Origin: an uncultured Cryomorphaceae bacterium
GTDB lineage: Bacteria; Bacteroidota; Bacteroidia; Flavobacteriales; Schleiferiaceae
Direction of reading: 5' to 3'
DNA: 64,000 bases
Assembly: GCA_913049845.1 (NCBI GenBank)
Contig: CAJWZE010000001.1
Span: 19,765-83,764, forward strand
A program made the position numbers and the translations under genes. The notes beneath the pieces were generated by a model. That model did no database searches. It saw only the letters and a list, made by a program, of their open reading frames with translations, and was not told the origin of the DNA. Below are positions 30,405 through 40,754 of the stretch, one piece after another; position 1 is the first letter of the stretch; the number at the start of each line of letters is the position of its first letter.

Positions 30405-31151
30405 ATGGCAGTAACAGGAAACATTAAAAAACTTATGGATGCAGGTGTTCACTTTGGACACTTGACCCGCAAGTGGAACCCAAATATGGCGCCTTACATC
30501 TTTATGGAACGCAACGGTATCCACGTAATCGACTTGCACAAAACGGATGCAAAATTGAAAGAAGCAACTGAGGCTCTTTCAAAAATTGCAGCGTCTGGTC
30601 GTAAGATCCTTTTCGTAGCAACGAAAAAACAAGCAAAAGAAATCGTAGCTAAATTCGCTGGCGATGCAAATATGCCTTATGTAACTGAGCGTTGGCCAGG
30701 AGGTATGTTGACAAACTTTGTAACTATTCGTAAAGCGATAAAGAAGATGCAGAGCATCGATAAGATGAAAGAAAATGGTACGTTCGAAACTCTATCTAAG
30801 CGCGAGCGTCTACAAGTAGACCGTCAACGCGCGAAGCTTGAGAAGGATTTGGGTTCTGTAGCAGATATGAATCGTCTACCGGCTGCACTTTTCATCGTTG
30901 ATATCAAGCGTGAAAACATTGCTGTAGATGAAGCCATCAAATTAGGTATCCCAACTTTTGCGATGGTAGATACAAATTCAGATCCTCGCCGTGTAGATTA
31001 CGCAATTCCTGCGAACGATGATGCTTCTAAATCTATTGCTGTTATCATGGAAAGAGTTACAGACGGAGTTAAAGCAGGTCTTTCTCAGCGCAAGAGCGAT
31101 AAAGCGGCTGCAGAGCAGGCGAAAATTGAAAAGAAGGCTGCAAAAGCGTAA
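30405..31151 (+). CDS. rpsB: 30S ribosomal protein S2
   Basis: LMDAGVHFGHLTRKWNPNM and ERWPGGMLTN. Confidence 0.95.
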   Translation: MAVTGNIKKLMDAGVHFGHLTRKWNPNMAPYIFMERNGIHVIDLHKTDAKLKEATEALSKIAASGRKILFVATKKQAKEIVAKFAGDANMPYVTERWPGGMLTNFVTIRKAIKKMQSIDKMKENGTFETLSKRERLQVDRQRAKLEKDLGSVADMNRLPAALFIVDIKRENIAVDEAIKLGIPTFAMVDTNSDPRRVDYAIPANDDASKSIAVIMERVTDGVKAGLSQRKSDKAAAEQAKIEKKAAKA

Positions 31152-31186
31152 GCGAGGCAGTTCTTAATAAAACTTTATACTTTTCA

Positions 31187-31224
31187 AGAGAGCCGTGGGG
31201 AAAACTTTACGGCTCTCTTTTCAA
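31187..31224 (+). terminator. Intrinsic terminator after rpsB
   Basis: 10-bp stem agagagccgt / acggctctct followed by a T-run. Confidence 0.65.
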
Positions 31225-31252
31225 TTAAAATAACAAATTAAATTTCAATGTC

Positions 31253-32071
31253 ATGGCAAAGATTACTGCTGCTGAAGTAAACAAACTCAGAAAGCAAACT
31301 GGTGCTGGTATGATGGACTGTAAAAAAGCTTTGGTAGAAGCGGAAGGTGATTTCGAAGCTGCAGTTGACATCCTAAGAAAGAAAGGTCAGAAAGTAGCTG
31401 CTAAGCGTGCTGACCGTGATGCTACTGAAGGTGCTGTTATCGCGAGGACGAACAGTGCAGATAAAGGTGTTATCGTGAAGTTGTCTTGTGAGACTGATTT
31501 CGTAGCTAAGAACGAAGATTTTGTTGCTTTGGCACACAAATTAGCTGACATCGCTTTGTCTTCTGGTGTTTCTACTTCAGAGGAACTGGGTGCTACAGAG
31601 TTTGAAGAAGGTTTGACTGTTGCTGATAAATTGCAAGAGCAGACTGGTGTTATCGGTGAGAAAATCGAGGTAGCAGAAATGGCTACAGTAAATGCCGCTT
31701 ACGTCGCTTCTTATATCCACATGGGTAACAAGATCGGAACTTTAGTAGGTTTGACTGCTGAGGCTGCTGAGGCTGGTCGCGACGTAGCAATGCAAGCTGC
31801 TGCAATGAATCCAGTTGCTTTGAACCGTGGTGCCGTATCTCAAGACGTTATCGATCGTGAGTTGGAAGTTGGTAAAGAGTTGGCGCGTCAAGAAGGCAAG
31901 CCAGAAGAAATGCTGGAAAAAATTGCCACTGGTCGTCTAAACAAATTTTTTAAAGAGAATACTTTGGTAGATCAAGCTTTCATCAAAGATAGTAAGATAA
32001 GTGTTGCTAAATACCTAACTAGCGTTCAAGCTGGTTTGGAAGTAGTAGACTTCAAACGCGTTTCTTTATAA
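31253..32071 (+). CDS. tsf: Translation elongation factor Ts
   Basis: ITAAEVNKLRKQTGAGMMDCKKAL and LSCETDFVAKNEDF. Confidence 0.93.
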   Translation: MAKITAAEVNKLRKQTGAGMMDCKKALVEAEGDFEAAVDILRKKGQKVAAKRADRDATEGAVIARTNSADKGVIVKLSCETDFVAKNEDFVALAHKLADIALSSGVSTSEELGATEFEEGLTVADKLQEQTGVIGEKIEVAEMATVNAAYVASYIHMGNKIGTLVGLTAEAAEAGRDVAMQAAAMNPVALNRGAVSQDVIDRELEVGKELARQEGKPEEMLEKIATGRLNKFFKENTLVDQAFIKDSKISVAKYLTSVQAGLEVVDFKRVSL

Positions 32072-32096
32072 TTGAGAATACTCTAAAAATAGTAAG

Positions 32097-32127
32097 GCCC
32101 TCACTTATAAAGTGGGGGCTTTTTTTA
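32097..32127 (+). terminator. Intrinsic terminator after tsf
   Basis: 9-bp stem (gccctcact / agtgggggc, one G:U pair), 5-nt loop and T8. It lies inside the track's 32112 ORF extension, which argues for the 32223 start of pyrH. Confidence 0.65.
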
Positions 32128-32222
32128 TACTATCAACTGTGAGGAGTTGGTGTAAAAGTAACCGCCACACGATGGACAATGGAACTGACTTGACTTATAT
32201 TTGTGTTCAAATCCTATGTAAG

Positions 32223-32933
32223 ATGAAGTACAACCGAGTGCTGCTAAAATTGAGCGGCGAGGCATTAATGGGGGACAATGATTTTGGAATTGACCCAAAA
32301 AGAATCGCAGAATACGCGGAGGAAATTAAAGCCGTAGCTAACAATGGCGTCCAGGTTGGTATCGTGATTGGCGGAGGAAATATCTTTAGAGGTATTAGTG
32401 CTGCTTCACAAGGCATGGATCGTGTTCAAGCCGACCATATGGGTATGCTTGCTACGGTCATTAATGGTCTTGCATTACAGGGGGCCCTTGAAAGTGCTGG
32501 TGTAAAGACACGACTTCAGAGCGCAATTGAAATGGATAAAGTTGCGGAGCCTTTTATTCGCCGACGTGCCATCCGACACTTGGAAAAAGGTCGCGTTGTG
32601 ATATTCTCTGCAGGTACGGGAAATCCATATTTTACAACAGATACAGGAGCGACCCTACGCGCAGTTGAGATTCAAGCCGACGTAATCCTAAAAGGTACTC
32701 GTGTCGATGGAATTTATACTGCTGATCCGGAGAAGGACGAGACTGCCACGAAATTCTCTGAGTTGAGTTTCAAAGAAGTCTACGACCGTGGATTGAAAGT
32801 TATGGACATGACGGCATTTACTCTAAGTAAAGAAAACAATCTGCCTATTGTTGTCTTCGATATGAACACAAAAGGAAACTTGATGAACGTGGTATCTGGG
32901 GTTAACGGGGTAGGAACTTTAGTAAAGAACTAA
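32223..32933 (+). CDS. pyrH: UMP kinase
   Basis: The corrected start gives [23 protein letters not shown] is also present. Confidence 0.93.
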   Translation: MKYNRVLLKLSGEALMGDNDFGIDPKRIAEYAEEIKAVANNGVQVGIVIGGGNIFRGISAASQGMDRVQADHMGMLATVINGLALQGALESAGVKTRLQSAIEMDKVAEPFIRRRAIRHLEKGRVVIFSAGTGNPYFTTDTGATLRAVEIQADVILKGTRVDGIYTADPEKDETATKFSELSFKEVYDRGLKVMDMTAFTLSKENNLPIVVFDMNTKGNLMNVVSGVNGVGTLVKN

Positions 32934-32946
32934 CAAGATAAATCTG

Positions 32947-33510
32947 ATGGAAGAGGAATTAGAATTAGTATTTGAATCGACCAAGGATGATATGGACCGT
33001 GCAATCACGCACATGGAAAAGTCGTTACTTAAAATCCGTGCTGGACGCGCAAGTGCTACTATGTTGGATAGTGTTATGGTAGAGTACTATGGAACCCCGA
33101 CACCATTGGCTCAGGTGAGTAATATCAATACACCGGATGCACGTACGATAAGCATTCAACCTTGGGAGAAGATTATTATTCCTGATATCGAAAGAGCCAT
33201 TGTGAATGCAGGATTGGGCTTTAACCCAATGAATAACGGGGAAAGTGTGATCATTTCTGTACCTCCATTGACGGAGGAGCGTCGCAGAGAGTTGGCAAAA
33301 ATGGCCAAAGCAGAAAGTGAAAGTGCTAAGGTTGGTGTTCGCGCTGCAAGAAAGAGTGCAATGGACGAACTCAAAAAAATGGGCAACGACGGTCTGAGCG
33401 AAGATATGCGTAAAGATAGCGAGAATAATATCCAGAAATTGACCGACGATTACATTGCAAAATGTGATTCTATGTTCACCAAGAAGGAAAACGATATTAT
33501 GACAGTTTAA
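32947..33510 (+). CDS. frr: Ribosome recycling factor
   Basis: LLKIRAGRASATMLD and PPLTEERRREL. 187 aa. Confidence 0.93.
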   Translation: MEEELELVFESTKDDMDRAITHMEKSLLKIRAGRASATMLDSVMVEYYGTPTPLAQVSNINTPDARTISIQPWEKIIIPDIERAIVNAGLGFNPMNNGESVIISVPPLTEERRRELAKMAKAESESAKVGVRAARKSAMDELKKMGNDGLSEDMRKDSENNIQKLTDDYIAKCDSMFTKKENDIMTV

Positions 33511-33533
33511 TCCTGAAGAAGATATAGCAAATG

Positions 33534-33567
33534 ACCCGCACTAACTGGTGCGGGTTTTTATTTTTTA
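33534..33567 (+). terminator. Intrinsic terminator after frr
   Basis: 8-bp stem acccgcac / gtgcgggt, 6-nt loop and a T-rich tail. It lies inside the track's 33531 ORF extension. Confidence 0.65.
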
Positions 33568-33608
33568 TTGCGTGTTTGAACAATTACCTGTATCATTGTT
33601 TAGTGTTT

Positions 33609-34067
33609 ATGCGCCTCGAAGACGAAATTAAACAAAGTGCCTTTTCCACTGAGCAATCAAAATTGATTGTCAATCTCATATATACCTCCAACAAGTTAAA
33701 AGAGAAAATCACGGCACGCCTGAAATCAAACGGCCTAACTATGCAGCAGTACAATGTGTTGCGTATTGTACGCGGCGCTGGTAGCGCAGGCTCAACAACT
33801 TCAGAAATACGTGACCGTTTGTTGGACAAAATGAGTGATGCCTCTCGAATGGTTGACCGACTTGTGAGTATGGATCTTATAGAAAAAGTTCGCGATAAGG
33901 AAGATCGTAGAATCGTCTTTATTTTTTTAACGGAGAAAGGAAGTACTCTTGTTAATGAATTAGTAGCCAAGGAAGAAGTGGAATCTCTTGCCGCGGGTGT
34001 AGACCAAACAAAAGCCCAACAACTCAATGAGCTATTGGACGTTTTCCGTTCAGAACTCTCTCAATAA
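33609..34067 (+). CDS. MarR family transcriptional regulator
   Basis: Corrected start MRLEDEIKQ. A winged-HTH pattern is present (LTMQQYNVLRIV...TTSEIRDRL...ASRMVDRLVSMDLIEK..DKEDRR). Confidence 0.72.
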   Translation: MRLEDEIKQSAFSTEQSKLIVNLIYTSNKLKEKITARLKSNGLTMQQYNVLRIVRGAGSAGSTTSEIRDRLLDKMSDASRMVDRLVSMDLIEKVRDKEDRRIVFIFLTEKGSTLVNELVAKEEVESLAAGVDQTKAQQLNELLDVFRSELSQ

Positions 34068-34068
34068 A

Positions 34069-35706
34069 TCAGCTTCTCAAATAATCGATAAGCGAAGTCG
34101 TTGAGCTATCGTGTTCGTGTTTAGTACCGCCCTTAAGTTCATTAAGAACCGCTTTTGCCAGCACTTTTCCAAGCTCTACACCCCATTGGTCATAAGAGTA
34201 AATGTTCCAGATATATCCTTGGATGAAAATCTTGTGCTCGTACGCTGCAATCAGCTGACCCAAATGGTATGGGTTGATTTCGTCAAGTACGATGCTGTTT
34301 GTAGGTCTGTTTCCTTCAAAAACTCGATATGGCGCAATCCTATCTATATCGTCACTGCTTAATCCAGCCTGACGCATTTCAATCTCTACATCCATTCTGG
34401 ACTTTCCTACCATCAATGCCTCGGTCTGGGCAATGAAGTTAGCTAGAAGAATAGGGTGGTGTTCCGCCAAACTGTGCTGGCATCTTTTTGCAGCGATAAA
34501 GTCCGCAGGAATGAGGTCAGTGCCTTGATGGATCAGTTGGTAGAATGCGTGCTGACCGTTTGTTCCTGGCTCGCCCCAAATGATTGGACCGGTAGGATAG
34601 TTCACACGATTGCCGCCACGATCGACATACTTACCGTTGCTTTCCATATCTCCTTGTTGGAAGTAGGCGGCAAACCTATCTAAGTATTGATCGTAAGGAA
34701 GAATCGCTTGTGAAGGTGCGTTGTGGAAGTTACGGTACCAAATGCCGAGCATAGCCATAAGGGCTGGAATGTTTTCGCTCCAATCTGCCTTGGTTACATG
34801 CTTATCCATTGCATGTGCACCGCTTAAAAATTCTTGGAACCCTTGGAACCCGATTGCTAAAATCACTGGAAGTCCAATGGCCGACCATACGCTGTAGCGA
34901 CCACCAACCCAGTCCCAGAATCCAAACATGTTTTTGGTATCTATCCCAAAACCTGCAACACCTTCATCATTTGTGCTTACGGCAACGAAGTGTTTCTCTA
35001 CCTCTTCTTCACTCCCGCCGTTTTTTAAGAACCAATTCTTCGCACTATTTGCGTTTTGCATAGTCTCTTGAGTAGTAAATGTTTTTGAGGCGATGATGAA
35101 AAGCGTGGTTTCAACATCTACTTGTTTCAATACCTCATCAAGGTCGGCACCGTCCACGTTAGCAACAAAGTGGAAATTCATTTCATCCGTTACGAATGGC
35201 TTCAATGCGTTGATCACCATTCTTGGACCTAAATTTGAACCGCCGATACCGATATTAATCACATCAGTAATGCGCTTACCTGTATATCCCTTCCAATTTC
35301 CTGAGCGAACTTCATTAGAGAAGGTGGCCAATTTTGCCCATGAATCGCGTACGCCTGGCATAACATCCTCGCCGTCTACATAAATTGGATTCTCGCTCAT
35401 GTTGCGAAGTGCCGTGTGCAGTACAGCTCTGTTCTCCGTAATATTAATTTTTTCACCGCCTTGCTGTTGCGCAATGGCTGCACGTACATCTGCTTCTTCG
35501 AGTAATTCTTGGAAAAGGGCAAATGTTTCGCTACCCATATGGTTCTTAGAGAAATCGAAGAGTATACCGTCCCACTTAATGTGGTATTTATTGAAGCGCT
35601 CTGAGTCCTCATAAAAACGAGTCTTTAGCGTTCGGTTGTCGTAGATAAAGTTCTGTTGAAGCTTGTGCCAAGCCTTTAGTTCTGTGGGCTTTAAATTTTT
35701 AAGCAT
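34069..35706 (-). CDS. pgi: Glucose-6-phosphate isomerase
   Basis: [22 protein letters not shown] and [15 protein letters not shown]. 545 aa. Confidence 0.93.
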   Translation of the reverse strand: MLKNLKPTELKAWHKLQQNFIYDNRTLKTRFYEDSERFNKYHIKWDGILFDFSKNHMGSETFALFQELLEEADVRAAIAQQQGGEKINITENRAVLHTALRNMSENPIYVDGEDVMPGVRDSWAKLATFSNEVRSGNWKGYTGKRITDVINIGIGGSNLGPRMVINALKPFVTDEMNFHFVANVDGADLDEVLKQVDVETTLFIIASKTFTTQETMQNANSAKNWFLKNGGSEEEVEKHFVAVSTNDEGVAGFGIDTKNMFGFWDWVGGRYSVWSAIGLPVILAIGFQGFQEFLSGAHAMDKHVTKADWSENIPALMAMLGIWYRNFHNAPSQAILPYDQYLDRFAAYFQQGDMESNGKYVDRGGNRVNYPTGPIIWGEPGTNGQHAFYQLIHQGTDLIPADFIAAKRCQHSLAEHHPILLANFIAQTEALMVGKSRMDVEIEMRQAGLSSDDIDRIAPYRVFEGNRPTNSIVLDEINPYHLGQLIAAYEHKIFIQGYIWNIYSYDQWGVELGKVLAKAVLNELKGGTKHEHDSSTTSLIDYLRS

Positions 35707-35800
35707 CTTAGATAATCTTGAATTCAGTACAAAACTAAACTATGTAAGGTTAGTTGTTGTTCTTATTACTAAATTCAAACCTTTATTTTACACAAACTTC

Positions 35801-36865
35801 ATGTTGCGATTTAAAAGTTCTAGCGATTTTCAGAAGGAAGTTCGCAAAAGAGTAAGAACGTACCTCAAGGAAGAAGGAAAATCTGGAATGGCAGATTACC
35901 GTTACTTTTTGAAGGCTTTCTTGAATATGGTGATGTACCTCGTTCCCTTCATTTTATTTCTTACTGGCTATACTTCTTTTTGGATGACCACGGTATTGTG
36001 GGTAGTCACAGGTCTAGGTATGGCAGGCGTTGGGATGAACGTGATGCACGACGCCATTCATAATAACGTAACTAAAAGCGAATGGGTCAATCGCAAGATT
36101 GGTGCAGTGATCTACATGTTATGTGGAAACTCATATACGTGGAAGGTGCAGCATAATATCAAGCATCATACCCATACTAATCTTGACGGTTATGATGATG
36201 ATATTAATACTGGTAGCTTGTTCAGGTTTCACCCATCTCAGGAGCGCAAGTCGTTCCACCGCTTCCAGCACATTTATGCCCCATTTACTTACAGTCTTAT
36301 GACTTGGAAATGGCTCTTGGAGAAGGATTTTACCCAAGTTGTTCAATACAACAAGTCAGAACTATTCAAAGCAAAAAACCAAAGCTTGGCTGCCGTATGG
36401 ACAAAGCTAATCGTTGGTAAAGGGTTCCATTTATCTTTGTTCTACGTTCTGCCGATAGCTTTAGGTATTCCATGGTATATGGTACTATGGGGCAATACAG
36501 TGATGCACTTAATAGCAGGACTGATTTTATCGTTCACTTTCCAGTTAGCACACGTGGTAGATAAGGCTGATTTCCCAACTGAGGAAGAGGCGAAAGACGA
36601 TAGCTTGCTTGAGCACCAGTTGAAGACAACGGCGAACTTTAGCACCAAAAGTAAGTTTGTTACTTGGTACACAGGAGGTTTGAATTTCCAGGTAGAACAC
36701 CACTTGTTCCCAACAATCAACCACGTACATTATCCAAAGATTGCAGAAATCGTTCGGAGCACGGCTAAGGAGTTTAAGTTGCCGTATAACGAGTATCGTT
36801 CGACTATTGCAGCGCTCAGAGGACACTTTGCACATTTAAAATATATGGGCAAAGCGATGGCTTAA
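35801..36865 (+). CDS. Membrane fatty-acid desaturase (front-end-type histidine boxes, no cytochrome b5 domain)
   Basis: Corrected start MLRFKSSSDF. The His boxes are HDAIH, HNIKHH and QVEHHLFP (Q-x-x-H-H third box). Four TM segments. Confidence 0.8.
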   Translation: MLRFKSSSDFQKEVRKRVRTYLKEEGKSGMADYRYFLKAFLNMVMYLVPFILFLTGYTSFWMTTVLWVVTGLGMAGVGMNVMHDAIHNNVTKSEWVNRKIGAVIYMLCGNSYTWKVQHNIKHHTHTNLDGYDDDINTGSLFRFHPSQERKSFHRFQHIYAPFTYSLMTWKWLLEKDFTQVVQYNKSELFKAKNQSLAAVWTKLIVGKGFHLSLFYVLPIALGIPWYMVLWGNTVMHLIAGLILSFTFQLAHVVDKADFPTEEEAKDDSLLEHQLKTTANFSTKSKFVTWYTGGLNFQVEHHLFPTINHVHYPKIAEIVRSTAKEFKLPYNEYRSTIAALRGHFAHLKYMGKAMA

Positions 36866-36887
36866 TCTAGAATAATATTTAACAAAT

Positions 36888-36920
36888 AGGGCGATCCAAC
36901 GGGTCGCCCTATTTTATTTT
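36888..36920 (+). terminator. Intrinsic terminator after the desaturase gene
   Basis: 7-bp stem agggcga / tcgccct followed by attttatttt. Confidence 0.55.
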
Positions 36921-36941
36921 AACTAGCTGATTTATAATCAT

Positions 36942-36949
36942 TAGATTTG
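36942..36949 (+). promoter_or_regulatory. Candidate -7 box (TAnnTTTG)
   Basis: tagatttg lies 29 nt upstream of the ATG at 36978. Confidence 0.35.
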
Positions 36950-36977
36950 TCTTTAGCACTTAAAAAAAGGAGATGTA

Positions 36978-38531
36978 ATGAAAAATGTAGCGACTGTTTT
37001 TAGTGTTGTAATTCTGTCTCTTCAGATGGCGGGACAGAGCACCTTCAATGATATCGCTCCGCTCCTATATAAAAATTGCACGAGTTGTCATAGACCTGGA
37101 GGGGGTGCGCCCTTCTCGATGCTTTCGTATGCATCAACAGCTCCTTGGACGACAAGTATTGTTCATGTATTGCAGAACAGCGAGATGCCCCCTTGGTCCG
37201 CCGATACGTCTTACCTACATTTTGTTAACGAAAGACAGATTACACAGGCAGACAAAGACTCTTTGTTAAAATGGATTTATGATGGCGCTTCTCAAGGTGA
37301 TCCAAATCTCCAGCCGCCTACTCCTGCATATCCTCTACGTCAATTAGCAGGAACACCAGATACTGTGTTACAGATGATGAAATTTAAGAGCAATGCGACG
37401 ACATCTGATGCATACAATACACTCGTTGTTCCATTGAATCTAGGTCAAAACAGATTCCTTAGGGCTATTGAGCTAATTCCCAATAATCCCCAGTTAGTGC
37501 ACCATGCACTCATCATGGCGGGCGATGTTGGTGATATTGATGTGGATACCACAGGGAGTTCTTTTTCTACCGATGGTGAAATCTCCATAGGTACTTGGGC
37601 TCCGGGTTCGATGCCTATTGTTTATCCAAACTCGTCATTGATTAAAATGGGGATTGAGCTTCCGGCAAACGGCGAAATTGGTATGCAGATTCACACCCCC
37701 AAGGGTACTGCAGGTCAGTTAATAGACATCAAGCTCCGTATGTACCTCTATCCTATCAATGAATCTGGGGTGCGCCAAGTACACGATACAGTACCCCTCC
37801 AATATTGGGCGAATGATTTTTTTGTTCCAGCAGGGCAAGTTAAGAGTTTTTCAGTCGAAGAAGTATGGCCACCGCAGACGGTGTCCATTTTCTCCGCATT
37901 CCCTCATTCGCACCAAATTTGCTCAGAGATATTGAACTATGCTTACAAGCCGCAAACGAACGATACCATCCCTTTGATGAAAATCGATCGCTGGGATTTT
38001 GAGCACCAGGAATACTACTATTACAAGAACTTGGTCAAAGTACCGGCAGGATATAACATACATTCAACTCATTCCTTTGATAATAGGAGTACAAATCATC
38101 ACAATCCTAACTCTCCACCACAACTAATAACGGTAGGATTTAGTACCGATGACGAAATGTTGTTTGATGGATTTCAATACTTAGCTTATCAAGCTGGCGA
38201 CGAGCATATTAATATCGATTCTATTCTTAAAAACGATCCATTACTATTATTAGACGTAAGCGAATATGAAAGACCTGTTGCTTATCGTTCAGTGGTAATT
38301 CCAAATCCTATAAGGCATCAGGCGAGAATAGAAGTTATTCCTCCTCTAAGCGCATCGATGGACTATCAATTGAATGTTTTTAACAAGCGAGGGCAACCGA
38401 TCAAGATGGTATACTTTATTGAGAACAGGGGAATAAACATTCAACGTTCCTATATTTCGCGCGGAACGTATTTCTATGAAGTGGTAAGTGGCGCCCAACG
38501 GATTACCGCAGGCCGCTTGATTTTCAACTAA
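36978..38531 (+). CDS. T9SS-sorted protein with an N-terminal CxxCH haem-c motif and a PHM/DBH-like copper type II monooxygenase signature
   Basis: Signal peptide. CTSCH at residues 34-38 (nt 37077-37091). The ordered motifs are VHH(175-176)ALIM, QIH(239)TP, FPH(310)SH(312)Q and TDDEM(394)LF. The T9SS C-terminal domain reads VIPNPI...GTYFYEVV...RLIFN. Confidence 0.6.
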   Translation: MKNVATVFSVVILSLQMAGQSTFNDIAPLLYKNCTSCHRPGGGAPFSMLSYASTAPWTTSIVHVLQNSEMPPWSADTSYLHFVNERQITQADKDSLLKWIYDGASQGDPNLQPPTPAYPLRQLAGTPDTVLQMMKFKSNATTSDAYNTLVVPLNLGQNRFLRAIELIPNNPQLVHHALIMAGDVGDIDVDTTGSSFSTDGEISIGTWAPGSMPIVYPNSSLIKMGIELPANGEIGMQIHTPKGTAGQLIDIKLRMYLYPINESGVRQVHDTVPLQYWANDFFVPAGQVKSFSVEEVWPPQTVSIFSAFPHSHQICSEILNYAYKPQTNDTIPLMKIDRWDFEHQEYYYYKNLVKVPAGYNIHSTHSFDNRSTNHHNPNSPPQLITVGFSTDDEMLFDGFQYLAYQAGDEHINIDSILKNDPLLLLDVSEYERPVAYRSVVIPNPIRHQARIEVIPPLSASMDYQLNVFNKRGQPIKMVYFIENRGINIQRSYISRGTYFYEVVSGAQRITAGRLIFN

Positions 38532-38537
38532 ACCATT

Positions 38538-39152
38538 TTAACCGTTCACTGCAACAACGTCGTCAACTAATGTTGGTAGCATCTTTTGTAAAATGCTTAA
38601 GATGCCGTTTTTCAGAGTCATAGTTGAAGACGGACAGCCCGAACAGGCACCTTGAAGCTGTACTTCAACAACCTTATCCTTGTACCCCATAAAAGCGATG
38701 TTTCCGCCGTCTTGGGCTACAGCAGGCTTGATGTATTCTTCTAAGATGTCTACAATACGCGCTTCAACTTCGCCAATATCTTCTGAGTTCAACATAGGAT
38801 CTTCGCCTTCTTCAGGTTTTTCTTCCTGCGTTGGCTTGAGCTGGTCTTCATGAACTGGAACTCCACCTTCGGTCAAAAACTCCGTAATGAACACGCGAAC
38901 TTCCTGTGCAACATCGTCCCATTCTACCACATCAAATTTTGCAATAGCGATGTAGTTTCCTGAAATAAAAACGTTCTTTACAAATGGAAAGTGGAAGAGC
39001 TTAGTCGCCAACGGTGAAGGCTTCGCTTCCTCGATATTTCTAAATTCTGCGGAATCTGTCTGAAGGAGTAGTTTATTGCTTACGAACTTCATGACCTTGG
39101 GATTTGGGGTCATTTCTGCGTAAATATTTACGGGGACTCTTTTAATTTCCAT
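38538..39152 (-). CDS. NifU/Nfu-type Fe-S cluster assembly protein (Nfu_N plus NifU C-terminal domain)
   Basis: C-terminal CSGCPSS motif, the N-terminal TPNPKVMKF pattern and an acidic linker. Confidence 0.8.
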   Translation of the reverse strand: MEIKRVPVNIYAEMTPNPKVMKFVSNKLLLQTDSAEFRNIEEAKPSPLATKLFHFPFVKNVFISGNYIAIAKFDVVEWDDVAQEVRVFITEFLTEGGVPVHEDQLKPTQEEKPEEGEDPMLNSEDIGEVEARIVDILEEYIKPAVAQDGGNIAFMGYKDKVVEVQLQGACSGCPSSTMTLKNGILSILQKMLPTLVDDVVAVNG

Positions 39153-39201
39153 AATTAAGGTAATTTCAGGTTACAAAAGTACATTACAAAAACAAGACGG
39201 T

Positions 39202-39720
39202 ATGCCTATTGTTCGCCCTGTTCTCGGACACCAACCTGACATTGGTAAAGATTCATTCATCGCAGAAAATGCAACTATTATCGGGAACTTCTCCTGTGGT
39301 GAAGGCTGCAGTTTTTGGTACGGTAGCGTCATTCGTGCGGATGTGAATGCAATTACTATGGGTAATAAAGTCAACTTACAAGACAACGCCATCGTTCACT
39401 GCACTTACGAAAAGTTTCCGACGACCATTGGCGATAACGTAAGCATAGGACATAATGCCATTGTTCATGGTTGTACTATTGAAAATAATGTACTTATTGG
39501 AATGGGAGCGATTGTAATGGACGACTGCGTGGTAGGTGAGGGCTGCATTGTTGCTGCGGGGTCTGTGGTGACACAAGGAAAAAAATTGGCGCCTGGGACG
39601 ATTTGGGCTGGAGTGCCGGCGAAAGAAATCCGTTCGGTACCGGAAAGATTGCGCTCCGGTGAAATCGAACGTATTGCGAATAATTACCTCAAATACAGCT
39701 CTTGGTACAAGGAAGAATAG
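39202..39720 (+). CDS. Gamma-class carbonic anhydrase family / hexapeptide-repeat protein (YrdA/PaaY-like)
   Basis: Left-handed beta-helix hexapeptide repeats with the conserved IGDNVSIGHNAIVHGCTI pattern. 172 aa. Confidence 0.8.
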   Translation: MPIVRPVLGHQPDIGKDSFIAENATIIGNFSCGEGCSFWYGSVIRADVNAITMGNKVNLQDNAIVHCTYEKFPTTIGDNVSIGHNAIVHGCTIENNVLIGMGAIVMDDCVVGEGCIVAAGSVVTQGKKLAPGTIWAGVPAKEIRSVPERLRSGEIERIANNYLKYSSWYKEE

Positions 39721-39723
39721 GCG

Positions 39724-40680
39724 TTATAAAAGCTGAAGCTTTGTCTTGAGATTTGTAAGCATAGCTTCTGTCATCGTATCCAAATTGTATTTTTGGGACC
39801 AGTTCCAATCTGCCTGAGCGGAAGAGTCATCAATACTTTCAGGCCAAGAAGCAGCTATATCTTCTCGGAAATCCGGCTCAAAATTCAATTCGAATTCAGG
39901 CATCAACTTTTTGATACTCGCTCCAATTGTTGCCGGGTCAAAACTGATACCTGCAAGGTTGTATGAAGAACGAATCTTTACATGTTCAGTTGGCGCTTCC
40001 ATCAGTTCAATAGTTGCGCGAACAGCATCTTCCATATACATCATAGGAAGCGCTCTGTGTTCACTTAAGAAGCAAGTATACTTACCTTGCTCTAGAGCTT
40101 TATAGTAGATCTCAACAGCATAATCTGTAGTGCCGCCTCCAGGTTGCGATTTCCACGAAATAAGCCCAGGATAGCGAATAGAGCGCACATCCACGCCGTA
40201 CTTATTGTGGTAATATTCACACCAACGTTCCCCGGCCAACTTTGAAATTCCATAGACCGTTGAAGGTTCCATAATGGTCTGCTGAGGCGTTAGGTTCTTT
40301 GGAGTCGTAGGACCAAAAACAGCAATGGAAGAAGGCCAGAAAATTTTATCAATGATATTTTCTTTTGCCAATTCTAATACGTACAACAAACTCCGCATGT
40401 TTAAATCCCATGCTTTCATTGGGAATTTCTCACCCGTAGCACTGAGCATAGCCACCAGATGGTATACCGTGGTTACATTATACTTTTCGCAGATTGCACG
40501 TATACCATCAGAATCGCTCGCATCGAGAACTTCAAAGGGGCCATTTTTAAGTTCGGCTAGTCTAGGTTCATTGATGTCTGTAGCAATAATGGTTTCGTTG
40601 CCGTATTTCTCGCGTAGCGTGAGGGTAAGCTCTGTGCCAATTTGGCCACAGGCGCCCAGGATTAGAGTGGTTTTTTTCAT
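39724..40680 (-). CDS. NAD-dependent epimerase/dehydratase family SDR, likely L-threonine 3-dehydrogenase type
   Basis: Rossmann GACGQIG at the N-terminus, a YGISK catalytic Tyr-x-x-x-Lys, and about 318 aa as in extended-SDR threonine dehydrogenases. Confidence 0.65.
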   Translation of the reverse strand: MKKTTLILGACGQIGTELTLTLREKYGNETIIATDINEPRLAELKNGPFEVLDASDSDGIRAICEKYNVTTVYHLVAMLSATGEKFPMKAWDLNMRSLLYVLELAKENIIDKIFWPSSIAVFGPTTPKNLTPQQTIMEPSTVYGISKLAGERWCEYYHNKYGVDVRSIRYPGLISWKSQPGGGTTDYAVEIYYKALEQGKYTCFLSEHRALPMMYMEDAVRATIELMEAPTEHVKIRSSYNLAGISFDPATIGASIKKLMPEFELNFEPDFREDIAASWPESIDDSSAQADWNWSQKYNLDTMTEAMLTNLKTKLQLL

Positions 40681-40726
40681 GCTCTGATCGTGATAAAACT
40701 CAGATTTGGGTAGGTTAAAGATAACC

Positions 40727-40734
40727 TATCTTTG
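40727..40734 (+). promoter_or_regulatory. Candidate -7 box (TAnnTTTG)
   Basis: tatctttg lies 21 nt upstream of the ATG at 40755. Confidence 0.35.
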
Positions 40735-40754
40735 CTATAACAAATTGCTATCGG

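Noticed and set aside
32112-32222. N-terminal extensions of track ORFs (32112 pyrH, 33531 marR-like, 35663 desaturase, 41797 pccB-like, 51181 MsbA-like, 58987 EEP, 60225 unknown, 20672 DUF4270, 24008 BNR, 29445 M43, 44153 ansA, 48618 dusB, 48688 CPBP)
   Set aside because: In each case the extension overlaps an upstream gene or terminator hairpin, or it precedes an internal Met that yields a canonical family N-terminus or signal peptide. I used the internal starts.
33593-34027. 144-aa minus-strand ORF opposite the MarR-family gene
   Set aside because: The plus-strand frame gives a clear winged-helix MarR pattern. The antisense product is Ser/Arg-rich with no recognisable features.
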